Below, in pieces: positions 9,697-19,077 of a stretch of DNA of 64,000 nt. Location of the stretch: assembly GCA_038230375.1 (NCBI GenBank), contig JBBRNJ010000001.1, forward strand, positions 32,001 through 96,000. The letters are read 5' to 3'. The notes under the pieces are model-generated. The model saw nothing but the letters and a program-made list of their open reading frames with translations. It did not search any database and was not told where the DNA came from. The translations under genes and the position numbers were made by a program. Origin of the DNA: Polyangiales bacterium. GTDB lineage: Bacteria; Myxococcota_A; Polyangia; Polyangiales; Polyangiaceae. How positions within the stretch are numbered: position 1 is the stretch's first letter; the number at the start of each line of letters is the position of its first letter.

Positions 9697-10134
9697 TCAA
9701 TCGGAAAGGCACGCGGACTTGTAGTGCTTCGTACCGTCGTCATCGAAGCTGAAAGGCACGGCGCAGGGCTCATCCACAGCATCCATGCAAGCGGCGATGT
9801 AGTGGTGTCGGCCCGCCGAGTCGAACGTGTACGGCACCGTGCAGTCCGGGATCATGGCGTCACCCGAGTCCCCACCAGCCGAGAGACACTCCAGCACGTA
9901 CCGCTTGATGCCATCCCCGCTGTAGAAAAAAGGAGCGAAACAAACGGCGCCCCCGTCGAGAGAGGAGGAGGCGAAGGGAGAGGGGGAGGCCGAGGTTGAG
10001 GCGGAGGTTGAGGTTGAGGGCGAGGGCCGGGCGGAGGTTGAGGGCGAGGGCTGGGCGGAGGTTGGAGGAGGAAGCGGAGGCAGCAGGCGCGGAGGCAGCA
10101 GCGGAGAAGCCGCAAGCGTCACGACAATGCGCAT
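9697..10134 (-). CDS. Small Ser/Pro-rich protein with three tandem C-x2-P-[FY]...G-x-[KH]-x-Y-x3-C repeats
   Basis: Repeats CFAPFFYSGDGIKRYVLECL / CTVPYTFDSAGRHHYIAACM / CAVPFSFDDDGTKHYKSACL; start uncertain. Confidence 0.6.
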   Translation of the reverse strand: MRIVVTLAASPLLPPRLLPPLPPPTSAQPSPSTSARPSPSTSTSASTSASPSPFASSSLDGGAVCFAPFFYSGDGIKRYVLECLSAGGDSGDAMIPDCTVPYTFDSAGRHHYIAACMDAVDEPCAVPFSFDDDGTKHYKSACLSD

Positions 10135-10207
10135 GATCTCGAACGCACTCACAGGGATGAAGTGTAGCCCCGAATCCAATCAGAAACGAGCCCACCGAAC
10201 GACGAAC

Positions 10208-10284
10208 GCGACGACGACTTCGACCCCGACGACGACGACGACTTCGACTTCGACCTCGACCTCGACCTCGACTTCGACCTTGAC
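10208..10284. repeat. Degenerate hexamer tandem repeat (GAC-YTC / GAC-GAC)
   Basis: gacgacgacttcgacccc...gacttcgacttcgacctcgacctcgacctcgacttcgaccttgac. Confidence 0.85.
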
Positions 10285-10290
10285 GGACCA

Positions 10291-10312
10291 CTATTGGCAA
10301 GTTTGCCAATAG
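10291..10312. promoter_or_regulatory. Perfect 10-2-10 inverted repeat, candidate operator
   Basis: CTATTGGCAA-GT-TTGCCAATAG. Confidence 0.55.
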
Positions 10313-10332
10313 AACCAGCGCATCGCAGCTCA

Positions 10333-10366
10333 CGTGAACGTGAACGTGAACGTGAACGTGAACGTG
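10333..10366. repeat. Perfect hexamer microsatellite (CGTGAA)5 plus CGTG
   Basis: cgtgaacgtgaacgtgaacgtgaacgtgaacgtg. Confidence 0.95.
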
Positions 10367-10470
10367 CCCGACCTTCCCATGGCCCTTCCCTTCTTCCCCT
10401 CCCTCCTCTTTTTCGTGAACCTTCCTGACCCCGCCGGTGTTCTTCTCTCGCCAGGCACCATTCCGCGGCC

Positions 10471-11052
10471 GTGGCGCGGGAGATTACCAGGGACGTGCGC
10501 TTGCCCCAGACGGACGAGGAGCTTCTGACTCGGGTGCGGGATGGCGACATCCGCGCGTTCGACACGCTCTATGCACGGTATGAGACGCGCCTCTTCTCTT
10601 ATCTGCGCGCGCTCCTCGCTGATCGGCGCGACGCGGAGGAGGTCTTCCACGACGCGTTCATGAAGTCGCTCGATGCCGAGCCCGGCATGTTCGTGACCGC
10701 TGGCTTTCGTCCATGGCTGTACAAGGTGGCGCGAAACATGGCGTTGAACCGGATGCGCGCGGCGCAACGGCTCGACAAGAACACCGAGGGCGCGGCGCTC
10801 ACGCAGGCGGCGGAGACCACGCAAGAGGATCTGGAAGAAGTGCTCGCGGCCGCGCAGGTGGGGCGTGCGCTGGACTTCGCCCTGGAGCGCCTGCCGCCAG
10901 CGCTGCTCGAGGTCTACCACCTGCGCGCGAGTGGGCTCTCGAACGAGCAGATCGCGGACCTCGTCGAGGTGCCGGTCGGCACCGTCAAGTCTCGATGTTT
11001 CAGGATGATCACCGTCCTTCGTAAGGAGATGAAGCCATGGATTGCGTCCTAA
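10471..11052 (+). CDS. ECF RNA polymerase sigma factor
   Basis: Region 2 (DAEEVFHDAF, FRPWLYKVARN) and region 4 (LSNEQIADLVEVPVGTVKSR). Confidence 0.92.
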   Translation: MAREITRDVRLPQTDEELLTRVRDGDIRAFDTLYARYETRLFSYLRALLADRRDAEEVFHDAFMKSLDAEPGMFVTAGFRPWLYKVARNMALNRMRAAQRLDKNTEGAALTQAAETTQEDLEEVLAAAQVGRALDFALERLPPALLEVYHLRASGLSNEQIADLVEVPVGTVKSRCFRMITVLRKEMKPWIAS

Positions 11053-11465
11053 TCAGAGAGGAACTGTTCGCCTACCATTTCGGGGCGTGCGAGGACGCTG
11101 ATCGCGATCGGATCGATGAGCATCTCGTGTCGTGCTCGGATTGCCTCCGCTTCTATCTGGCGTTGAAGCGCCGTATCGAGTCCGGCGCGGGTGAGAAGCC
11201 ATCCAAGGAGACGCGCGAGCGCCTTCGCGAGAATGTGGGAAAGAAGTTCAAGCCGCGCACGACCAGGAAGCTGACGGCGATATTCCAGCGGCGCATCCCC
11301 CTCTATCAGGGCGTCTTCGCAGTCGCTGTTGCGGCGTGTGTCGCGCTCGCCGCACCGAGCGCAATGCGCATTGCGCAGTCGAGCAACAACGCCGCCGTCG
11401 ACTCCGGGCGGGAGCCGCGCATCGACACCGCACGTCACGACGCCCAGAGCCTCTCCATTTTCTGA
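11037..11465 (+). CDS. Zinc-finger (zf-HC2) anti-sigma factor, single TM
   Basis: EHLVSCSDC (HxxxCxxC) motif; TM segment; overlaps the sigma gene stop. Confidence 0.85.
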   Translation: MDCVLIREELFAYHFGACEDADRDRIDEHLVSCSDCLRFYLALKRRIESGAGEKPSKETRERLRENVGKKFKPRTTRKLTAIFQRRIPLYQGVFAVAVAACVALAAPSAMRIAQSSNNAAVDSGREPRIDTARHDAQSLSIF

Positions 11466-11483
11466 GAACGAAGAGAACCGCAC

Positions 11484-12791
11484 ATGAACATCGACAAATC
11501 ACACGTGATCCTCGCGTTCCTGATCGCCACGGGCTGCAGCCAGGCGAACGAGACCTCCCCCGCGGGGACCAGCGACGTCGCAGCTGCCGGCGCTTCGACC
11601 GGCCTGGCGCCGATGGCCGTGGCGCTCGCGTCCCCGTCCTCGTCTTCGAGCAACCACGAATGGGAGGACGAGCAGGAGATCCCGTCGGAGAAGTTCACGA
11701 ACGGCGAGGCAGCGTTCGCGACCGTGCGAGCGCACCTCAAGGAGCAGTACTACGCCGAGGGGCTCACCGACGATGATCTCTATCGCGCGGCCACGGCCGG
11801 CATGCTCGAGCGACTCGACCCGCGCATGCGCAAATGGAACAAGCTGCTCTCGCCGCACGAGTTGGAGGAGATCAAGACGGATCTCAAGGGCGAGATCGTC
11901 GGCGTGGGGCTCCAGATCAACTTCGACCCGCAGACCGGCTACATCGCCGTCACGGGCTTGATTCACGGCTCTGCGGGCGAGCGCGCCGGCATCGTTCCGG
12001 GCGACACGATCGTTCGCGTGAACGACAAGCTGTACAAGGGCATGAAGGTGCGCGACGTGGTCGCCGACATCCGCGGCAAGGCGGGCGAGACCGTGTCGTT
12101 CTCCGTCCTCCACGACGGCAAGCTGGACACCGTGAAGGTGGTCCGCGAGCGGATCGCGTTCGACACGCCGGCGCATGCCGTGCTCCTGGGAAACGTCGGC
12201 TACGTGCGCATCCCCAGCTTCACGGAGCGGACGCACGACGCAGTGAAGGCGGCGCTCACCGAGCTCGCGGACAAGAAGGTGACAGGCCTGGTCCTCGACG
12301 TGCGGCAGAACCAGGGCGGCCTCTTCCAGGAGGCCGTGCATACCGCCGAGCTGTTCGTGCCCGCGGGCTCCGAGATCGTGTCCACGAAGAAGCGCAAGGA
12401 GGGCAAGGAAAAGATGCTGTCGAAGGGCACGCCGATCCTGGGCGACGTCCCCATTGTGGTGCTGGTCGACGCGAAGACCGCGTCCGGTGGCGAGCTCATC
12501 GGCGCGGCGCTCCGGGACACGCGTCGCGCGCGCATGGTCGGTATGCGCACCATGGGCAAAGGCAGCGTGCAGATGATCGACGATCTGCCGAACGGCTATT
12601 CCTACAAGTACACGCTGAGCCTGCTCTTCACGCCGAACGGTCAGACCTTCGACGGCGTGGGCCTCACGCCCGACATCGAGGTCGGGCTGGAAGACGTGCA
12701 GCGCGGCAAGGCCATGAGCGCACCGACGGAGGAGGCACGCCTGGCGATGGATGTGCAGCTCCGAACGGCGGCGGAGCTCGTGCGGCGCTGA
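11484..12791 (+). CDS. S41 C-terminal processing protease (CtpA/Prc-like) with PDZ domain, lipoprotein
   Basis: PDZ GVGLQI...GDTIVRVN; LDVRQNQGG; catalytic TASGGE (Ser) and TMGKG (Lys); IATGC lipobox. Confidence 0.92.
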   Translation: MNIDKSHVILAFLIATGCSQANETSPAGTSDVAAAGASTGLAPMAVALASPSSSSSNHEWEDEQEIPSEKFTNGEAAFATVRAHLKEQYYAEGLTDDDLYRAATAGMLERLDPRMRKWNKLLSPHELEEIKTDLKGEIVGVGLQINFDPQTGYIAVTGLIHGSAGERAGIVPGDTIVRVNDKLYKGMKVRDVVADIRGKAGETVSFSVLHDGKLDTVKVVRERIAFDTPAHAVLLGNVGYVRIPSFTERTHDAVKAALTELADKKVTGLVLDVRQNQGGLFQEAVHTAELFVPAGSEIVSTKKRKEGKEKMLSKGTPILGDVPIVVLVDAKTASGGELIGAALRDTRRARMVGMRTMGKGSVQMIDDLPNGYSYKYTLSLLFTPNGQTFDGVGLTPDIEVGLEDVQRGKAMSAPTEEARLAMDVQLRTAAELVRR

Positions 12792-12812
12792 GCCTTGCGA
12801 TCCTGGGCTCGG

Positions 12813-13760
12813 TCACCAGCGTCGGTGCAAGAGGCCATCCGAGCCGTCTTCGCGGATGAAATAGAGGTCGTCGCCATCCACCCAGTAGTTGCTCACGTCA
12901 CCGCCGAGCAGCTCGGTCGGCGTGGCCCCCAGGTCGGGAGGCTTCACGAGCACGCGCACGCGCCCACCCTTCGCGGAGCGAAACACGATGCCGCGGGGCG
13001 TGAGCCACGGCCTGAGGAAGGCGCCCTGGTCGAGCAGCGTGGTGACGATCGCGCCGCCGTTGCGAGGCAGCTGCGCCACCGCGCCGTCCTGCTTGCCCTC
13101 CGTCCACGACGCCACGGCGATCTCGTCGCCGAGCACGCTGGCCTCGCAGCGGTCGATGCGCGCTGCCGCCACGAAGCCAACCGCCTGGCGTGCTTCCAGC
13201 TTCAGGATCTTGTCCTTCGTGACGATGATGAGCCCGCGCTCGTCCGCGGCAAGGCAGCGTGCATCCACCACGCTGTCGACCATCCAGGCGTCGTCTGTCG
13301 ACGCGGATACCGCCGCAAGGTGCCCGTCGTTGTCGATGAACCACGCATGGTCCCCCGACGCGACCAGCAGGCCCCTGTCGTCCGTGGTGGCCACGGGTCG
13401 CGGCGTGCCGCCCGCGAGCGGGACCGCGAAGATCCTTCCGGCGCCCACGACGGAACGCACACGGAAGAACACGTGCGTGCGTGAAGCGGCGATGCTCTTC
13501 ACGTCAGCCAGATCTGCGACCAAGATCGTGGGCGGTTGGCCCGGGGTCACGCGCACGATCTTCATGGGATCGATGGGCTGCTCCGGATGCGGCCGAGACG
13601 AATCGTCCACGACGACCACGAGCGTGTGGTCCGTCAATGCAGCGGCCCTCACGCGTCCGGCGACGGTCACGTCAGCTCGGGCCCATGGTCGGAGCCATGC
13701 AAGCGCCGCGACCGCGCCGGCAAGCACGACCGCGATCCCGACGCGTGCAGGCAATCTCAT
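12813..13760 (-). CDS. Secreted or membrane-anchored beta-propeller-like hypothetical protein
   Basis: N-terminal hydrophobic segment; repeated blade-like motifs (IFAVPLAGG, QLPRNGG, VDGDDLYF). Confidence 0.65.
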   Translation of the reverse strand: MRLPARVGIAVVLAGAVAALAWLRPWARADVTVAGRVRAAALTDHTLVVVVDDSSRPHPEQPIDPMKIVRVTPGQPPTILVADLADVKSIAASRTHVFFRVRSVVGAGRIFAVPLAGGTPRPVATTDDRGLLVASGDHAWFIDNDGHLAAVSASTDDAWMVDSVVDARCLAADERGLIIVTKDKILKLEARQAVGFVAAARIDRCEASVLGDEIAVASWTEGKQDGAVAQLPRNGGAIVTTLLDQGAFLRPWLTPRGIVFRSAKGGRVRVLVKPPDLGATPTELLGGDVSNYWVDGDDLYFIREDGSDGLLHRRW

Positions 13761-13770
13761 GCGCCCATCC

Positions 13771-14430
13771 CTAGACCAGGAGCCCCTTCAGCAGCGGCTC
13801 GAAGAGCGTGTCGAAGTATGTCTGCGCGATGGCGGCGTTCTTCACCTTGATGCGGCGGCGCTGGACGAGCTCCACGTAGCCATGCGCAAACACCCAGATC
13901 GTCAGGCCGATGTCGCGCTTGCGGCCAGGGCGGATGGCGCCGTCGAGCTGGCCCTTCTTGATCTCGGCGACGAGGATCGTCACGAGCTCCGTGATCGCCT
14001 CCTCGAGCGACGGAAAGCGGCCGTTCTCGTTCAGGCGTGGTCCAAACATCACGCCGTAGACGGCGGGACGGTCCATCGCGAACGCGACGTAGGCCTCCGC
14101 GAAGCCGCGCATCTTCGCCGCTGCGTCGTCGTTGGCGCGGGCGACATCACGAGAGAGCCGCGCTGCGAGATCGCGGAAGCCCGACTCGGCGATCGCCGCG
14201 AGGAGCGCGGTCTTGTCCTCGAAGTGACGGTAGGCCGCTGCATGGGTGACGCCAACGGCGGCCGCGACCTCTCTCAGCGTGAGCCCCTCCGCGCCCTTCG
14301 CTTCCAGCAACGGCACCGCGGCGACCACGAGCGCGCGCTTCAGATCGCCGTGGTGGTACGAGAGCTTCTTCTGCGGACGCGGGGTCACCACCTGGGCCTC
14401 CACGATGGACGCGTGGAGGCCGGGTGTCAA
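13771..14430 (-). CDS. TetR/AcrR regulator (WHG-like C-terminal domain); start may be GTG 14388
   Basis: YHHGDLKRAL, LTLREVAAAVGVTHAAAYRHF, WVFAHG. Confidence 0.92.
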   Translation of the reverse strand: MTPGLHASIVEAQVVTPRPQKKLSYHHGDLKRALVVAAVPLLEAKGAEGLTLREVAAAVGVTHAAAYRHFEDKTALLAAIAESGFRDLAARLSRDVARANDDAAAKMRGFAEAYVAFAMDRPAVYGVMFGPRLNENGRFPSLEEAITELVTILVAEIKKGQLDGAIRPGRKRDIGLTIWVFAHGYVELVQRRRIKVKNAAIAQTYFDTLFEPLLKGLLV

Positions 14431-14446
14431 ACGCCGTCACGGCCCG

Positions 14447-15403
14447 TCACGCGTCCAGGAACTCCAAGGCCTCGCGCCAGAAGGTGCTCTCGAACCGATC
14501 GCGGAAGAAGCCAAAGTGACCCACGGATGCCTCGCGCTTCTTCACCTGTCGCCGCGTGACCTCCGCGTTCTCGTAGAAGGACATCAGCGCGGTCACGGCA
14601 GCCTCGGGCGCGTACGGATCGTCATCGAACCCGAACGCAAGAATGCTCGCGCGGAGCCGCGCATACGCCTCTCTTCGCGACGAGCCTCCTGCGCCCACGA
14701 CATAGTCGCGCGTCCGGCACCAGTGGGCCCACTCGAGCGCGACGCCCGGTGGCAGGTCCTCGCCAATGCCCAGCGCGCCTGGCAGGTAGCCGACCGTCTT
14801 CGTGATGCCCGGGATGAGCCCGTACATCAGGAGCGCCATGCGCCATCGCTCCGGCGCGGGCCAGAGCCGCACCTCGCCGCTCTGCGAGCCAACGGTCACC
14901 ACACGTCGCACGTGCTCGGGCTGTGAGAGGAGGCCCAGCAGCTGCCCGCCAACGCTGTGGCCGACGACGTTCACCTGCGTGACGCCGAAGGTGCCGCGCG
15001 CCCACGCCACCGCGCCCGAGAGATCCAGCTCGCCCCAGTCGTGCATCGCGGCGTTCGACTCCCTTGCGCTCCCCGAGCGTGACTCGCCGATGCCGCGGTA
15101 GTCGAGCGTGACCGCCGCATGTCCGTGTCGCGCAAGGTACGTCGCGAACTTGGCGTAGTAACCGCGCGTGACGCCGGTGGCAGAGGCGAGCACAGTCACC
15201 TTGGTCGGCGGCGCCGTCAGCTCCGGCCACAGGAAGACGGAGCCAGCAAGGAGCTCCCCGTCGAGCGCCGGGATCGTCACGGCGTGCTCCGTGCGAGCGT
15301 CCAGCTCGAGCTTGTCACCCTCCGCCTTGCGCTCCGGCAGCTCGAGGCGAGGCCGGCTCTCGCGGTCGAAGAGGTAGGAATCGAGGTCGCGCTGGTCGTC
15401 CAT
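14447..15403 (-). CDS. Alpha/beta-fold hydrolase
   Basis: DYRGIGES, nucleophile GHSVGG, DDPYA, GHFGFF; GGAGG RBS. Confidence 0.9.
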   Translation of the reverse strand: MDDQRDLDSYLFDRESRPRLELPERKAEGDKLELDARTEHAVTIPALDGELLAGSVFLWPELTAPPTKVTVLASATGVTRGYYAKFATYLARHGHAAVTLDYRGIGESRSGSARESNAAMHDWGELDLSGAVAWARGTFGVTQVNVVGHSVGGQLLGLLSQPEHVRRVVTVGSQSGEVRLWPAPERWRMALLMYGLIPGITKTVGYLPGALGIGEDLPPGVALEWAHWCRTRDYVVGAGGSSRREAYARLRASILAFGFDDDPYAPEAAVTALMSFYENAEVTRRQVKKREASVGHFGFFRDRFESTFWREALEFLDA

Positions 15404-15413
15404 GTGAGCCTCC

Positions 15414-15497
15414 ATGTTTCCGTTGGTTACATTGAGAGCCGGAAAAAGAGGCACGAACCTACGTGCCTCATCCCGGCAATGTTTCCACTGGTTACTT
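15414..15497. promoter_or_regulatory. Two imperfect palindromic operator copies, probably bound by the downstream TetR
   Basis: ATGTTTCCGTTGGTTACAT (15414-15432) and ATGTTTCCACTGGTTACTT (15479-15497). Confidence 0.65.
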
Positions 15498-15615
15498 TGG
15501 ACCCGGATTCGACAGACGTCAAGTGGACTTCGACTTCGACAAGGGCCTCGACCTTCCGCCTCGACCTCGGCGGATGTTCGTTTGCTTGTCGGGCCCCCAT
15601 AGTATCTTGTCGCCC

Positions 15616-17724
15616 ATGACGAGGTCGCTCTTCGCTGCTCTCATTTCCGTTGCGTCCTTTGCTGCGCTCAACGCGTGTGGCTCCCCGAATGACGGAGCGG
15701 TGCCGGCACCGGTGATGCCCCCGCCCAAGCCGCCCGCGAGCGAGGAACCCGCACCGGCACCCACGCCGCCGGTGCTGGCCGGGCGCACCACGAAGAAGAG
15801 CATCATCATCCAGTCGCGCCCATCCGGTGACAGCGTGCTCCGCTACGGCGCGGACGGCGTCGTGGAGAACCACTACGAGGAGCACGAGAACGGGCGCGGC
15901 CCCGAGGTGAACGCGAAGATTCGCTTCGCGGCGGACGGCACGCTCGCGTCATTCGATGCGACCGGTCACGAGACCATGGGCACAGCGATCGACGAACACT
16001 TCACGCTCACCGGCAAGCACGCGAAGTGGAAGAGCACCGCGGAGTCCGGCGAGAAGGACGTGGACGGCCCCGTGTTCTACGTGCCGCTGGCGCCCACGAT
16101 CGAGAGCCTGGGCTGGCTCGCACGCGCGCTCAAGAACAACGGCGGCAAGATCGCGCTCCTCCCCGAGGGCGAGGCGCGCATGGAGCGCACGGGCGACTGG
16201 CAGCTCCAGAAGCAAGACGGCGATCCGAAGGTGCACGTGATCACGGGCTACGCGATCTACGGCATCAGCTTCGAGCCCACGCGCGTGTGGATGGATGAGA
16301 AGGACGAGCTCTTCGGCTACGTGGATGCCTGGTACTCCGTCGTCACGTCAAACGCCGTGAACGAGATGCCCGCCCTGCTGAACATCCAGAAGGGGCTGGA
16401 CGCCGCCCGCGACCAGGACATCCAGAAGCGCCTCGCACACAAGCCGCCGCCGGAAGGGCTTGCGATCCAGCATGCGCGGGTCCTCGACGTGGTGAAGGGC
16501 AAATGGATCGAGGACGCGACCGTGGTCGTGAAGGGCGACAAGATCGTCGCCGTGGGTCCTTCGAAGAAGACGCCAGCACCGAAGGGCGCGGAGCTCGTGG
16601 ACGCGCAGGGCAAGTCGCTGATCCCCGGCATGTGGGACATGCACTCGCACCTTGGTCCGTCGGACGGCGTGCTCGATCTCGCCGCGGGTGTCACGACCGC
16701 GCGTGACGTCGGCAACGATCCGGATCGCCTGGACGCGTACAAGGAAGCGTGGGACTCGGGCCGCACCGCGGGACCACATGTCGTTCGCGCAGGCTTCATC
16801 GAGGGGCGGGGCGAGAAGGCCGCGGGCGCGAAGGTCACCGCCGAGACCGAGGATGAAGCAAAGGCAGCCGTAGCCTTCTACAAGAAGCGCGGGTACGAGC
16901 AGATCAAGATCTACAACTCCATGAAGCCGGAGCTGGTGCCGGTGCTCGCACAGGCAGCGCACGAGGCAGGCATGCGCGTGTCGGGTCACATCCCGGTGCA
17001 CATGCGCGCGGAGGAGGCCGTGCGCGCGGGCTACGACGAGGTGAACCACATCAACATGCTGTTCTTGAACTTCTTCATCGACAAGGACACGGACACCCGT
17101 ACGCCGCTTCGCTTCACCATCGTCGCAGACCGCGCGCCAGAGCTCGATCTCACGGGCAAGCCGGCAAAGGACTTCTTCAAGCTGCTGAAGGACAAGAAGA
17201 CCACCGTGGATCCCACGCTGGTCGTGTTCGAGGGCCTCTTCGTGGATCGCGTGGGCGAGTACGGTCCCGGCATCAAGCCAGTGGCCACGCGCCTGCCCGT
17301 GCAGATCCGCCGTCAGTTCCTGCGCGGCGGGCTGCCCGTCCCCGAGGGAAAGGATGCAAGATACAAGGAATCCTTCCAGGCGATGCTCAAGATGGTGAAG
17401 GCGCTCAAGGACAACGGCACCCCGATCGCGGCAGGCACCGACAGCCTCGCGGGCTTCTTCCTTCATCGCGAGCTGGAGCTCTACGTGGCCGCGGGCCTCA
17501 CGCCTGCCGAGGCGATCGCAACCGCGACCATCGGCCCCGCGCGCATCATGAAGAAGGACAAGACGACGGGCTCGATCGCCGTGGGAATGGACGCGGACAT
17601 GGCGCTGATCGACGGTGACCCGCTCGTCCGCATCGACAACATCCGCAAGGTCGTGAGGACCATCAAGAGCGGAGTGGTCTACAAGTCGAGCGACCTCTAC
17701 AAGGAGGTCGGAGTCACGCCGTGA
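15616..17724 (+). CDS. Amidohydrolase-family lipoprotein
   Basis: LNAC lipobox; PGMWDMHSH, IKIY, GHIP, AGTD metal-binding motifs. Confidence 0.9.
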   Translation: MTRSLFAALISVASFAALNACGSPNDGAVPAPVMPPPKPPASEEPAPAPTPPVLAGRTTKKSIIIQSRPSGDSVLRYGADGVVENHYEEHENGRGPEVNAKIRFAADGTLASFDATGHETMGTAIDEHFTLTGKHAKWKSTAESGEKDVDGPVFYVPLAPTIESLGWLARALKNNGGKIALLPEGEARMERTGDWQLQKQDGDPKVHVITGYAIYGISFEPTRVWMDEKDELFGYVDAWYSVVTSNAVNEMPALLNIQKGLDAARDQDIQKRLAHKPPPEGLAIQHARVLDVVKGKWIEDATVVVKGDKIVAVGPSKKTPAPKGAELVDAQGKSLIPGMWDMHSHLGPSDGVLDLAAGVTTARDVGNDPDRLDAYKEAWDSGRTAGPHVVRAGFIEGRGEKAAGAKVTAETEDEAKAAVAFYKKRGYEQIKIYNSMKPELVPVLAQAAHEAGMRVSGHIPVHMRAEEAVRAGYDEVNHINMLFLNFFIDKDTDTRTPLRFTIVADRAPELDLTGKPAKDFFKLLKDKKTTVDPTLVVFEGLFVDRVGEYGPGIKPVATRLPVQIRRQFLRGGLPVPEGKDARYKESFQAMLKMVKALKDNGTPIAAGTDSLAGFFLHRELELYVAAGLTPAEAIATATIGPARIMKKDKTTGSIAVGMDADMALIDGDPLVRIDNIRKVVRTIKSGVVYKSSDLYKEVGVTP

Positions 17725-17730
17725 GGGATC

Positions 17731-19077
17731 TCAGCGCGCGCAGCGGCCGCCCACTGCCAGATACTTGTTGGCTGCCGTGTACGTCCTGAAACCGCCCACG
17801 GGGTGCTGGTTCGGGATCCCGTGGTTGTCGAACGCGCCTGTGCGCGCCAGGCCTGCCGCCATCACGGAAGGGTCCACGCCGACCTGCGGCGTCGTTGGCA
17901 TCGCGATGTTGTAGACGTCGCCCGCGAGGTCCGCGTGGCCGAACGGGCCGTTGCCCTTCGGGAAGCGACCAGGCGGCGCGAGGTAGATCGAGTAGTCGCA
18001 CTTGGCCGGGTCGTCGCCGATGCACGAGAGCGTGTCCGGCAGCCAGAAGTTGTACTTGTAGTTTGCAACTGTCTGGTCCACGCCGCCGTCGGGCGCGGGC
18101 TTGCCGAAGGCGATCGCGTGCGCCATGGTGTCGAACGGGTAGTCCCAGCCGCCGGGCGCGGGCGTGTTGCCCCACGGATAGAGGTAGCTTGCAGGCGTGC
18201 CCTTGTCCCACGCGTAGTCCAGCTCGTCGAGCGTGGGGACGCGCCCACCGTCCCAGATGCAGAACGCAGCGATCATGTAGAACGTCGCGCACTGCATGGG
18301 CTTCTGATCGAGCGCGTCCTGCGCGTACTGCTGCGTGTCCGCGAAGAGGTTCGTGTTCACCGCGTCCGGCAAGCGGAACGTGCGGGCATTGCCGACCTCG
18401 CTCGTGAGGCAGCCCTCGTTGCCAGGACCCTCGGTGCCGTAGTGGATGGGGCCGAGCTGCTGGTAGACACCGTCCAGGCCCGCGCCAGCTGCATACTGGT
18501 GTGGAGCGGCCAGCGTGGTCGTGCCGTCGTCCATCTTGTTCGGCAGCCACGCTTCCCAGGTGGGATCGAACCACGCTGGGCGGTTCGCGTGCACGTAGCC
18601 GCGCACGTCGCCGCCGGTCTTGTCGATGAACACGCGGAAGCGACCGGCGGTCACGCTGTACTTGTCGAGCGTGAAGGCTGCCTTGGGCTTGGGCACCGGG
18701 ATCGCCGTGCAGCAGCTCTCCATGCCGTTCGCTCCGCAGGTGCGACCGCCGTTCGCTTGGGTGCAGCTGCGGCCCGCCGCGCAGTGCATCGTGTCGTCGC
18801 AGCCGTTGCTCCGGCACTGCGCGTCCGTCGAGCACGCCGCCCCCGCGGGAAGCAGGGTCGAGCCGGAGTCACCGCCGTCGCTCGCGCTGCCGCCGCCGTC
18901 GTCGCTGCCGCTCGCACCATCCTTGCCGGTCACGCCGCCGCCGTCGCTCGTGCCGCCGCCGCCGTCGCTGCCGCCGTCACCGCCGACCGCACCGCCACCG
19001 TTGCTACCGCCGCATGCGATCGCGAGCACACCGAGCGAGAGACCAAGACCAAGACCACCAAGCAGCAAGCTTCTCAT
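17731..19077 (-). CDS. Lipoprotein with Gly-rich linker, Cys-rich segment and FGE-sulfatase (SUMF1/EgtB/PvdO-like) domain
   Basis: AIAC lipobox; FTLDKYSVT, AFCIWDGGRVPT, YPWGN, DLAGDV, VGGRCAR. Confidence 0.85.
   Translation of the reverse strand: MRSLLLGGLGLGLSLGVLAIACGGSNGGGAVGGDGGSDGGGGTSDGGGVTGKDGASGSDDGGGSASDGGDSGSTLLPAGAACSTDAQCRSNGCDDTMHCAAGRSCTQANGGRTCGANGMESCCTAIPVPKPKAAFTLDKYSVTAGRFRVFIDKTGGDVRGYVHANRPAWFDPTWEAWLPNKMDDGTTTLAAPHQYAAGAGLDGVYQQLGPIHYGTEGPGNEGCLTSEVGNARTFRLPDAVNTNLFADTQQYAQDALDQKPMQCATFYMIAAFCIWDGGRVPTLDELDYAWDKGTPASYLYPWGNTPAPGGWDYPFDTMAHAIAFGKPAPDGGVDQTVANYKYNFWLPDTLSCIGDDPAKCDYSIYLAPPGRFPKGNGPFGHADLAGDVYNIAMPTTPQVGVDPSVMAAGLARTGAFDNHGIPNQHPVGGFRTYTAANKYLAVGGRCAR

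Noticed and set aside
10200..10370. Possible CRISPR array
   Set aside because: Units are 6-nt tandem repeats without unique spacers, and there are no cas genes
10334..10528. ORF starting MNVNVNVNV
   Set aside because: Translation of the CGTGAA microsatellite; no coding evidence
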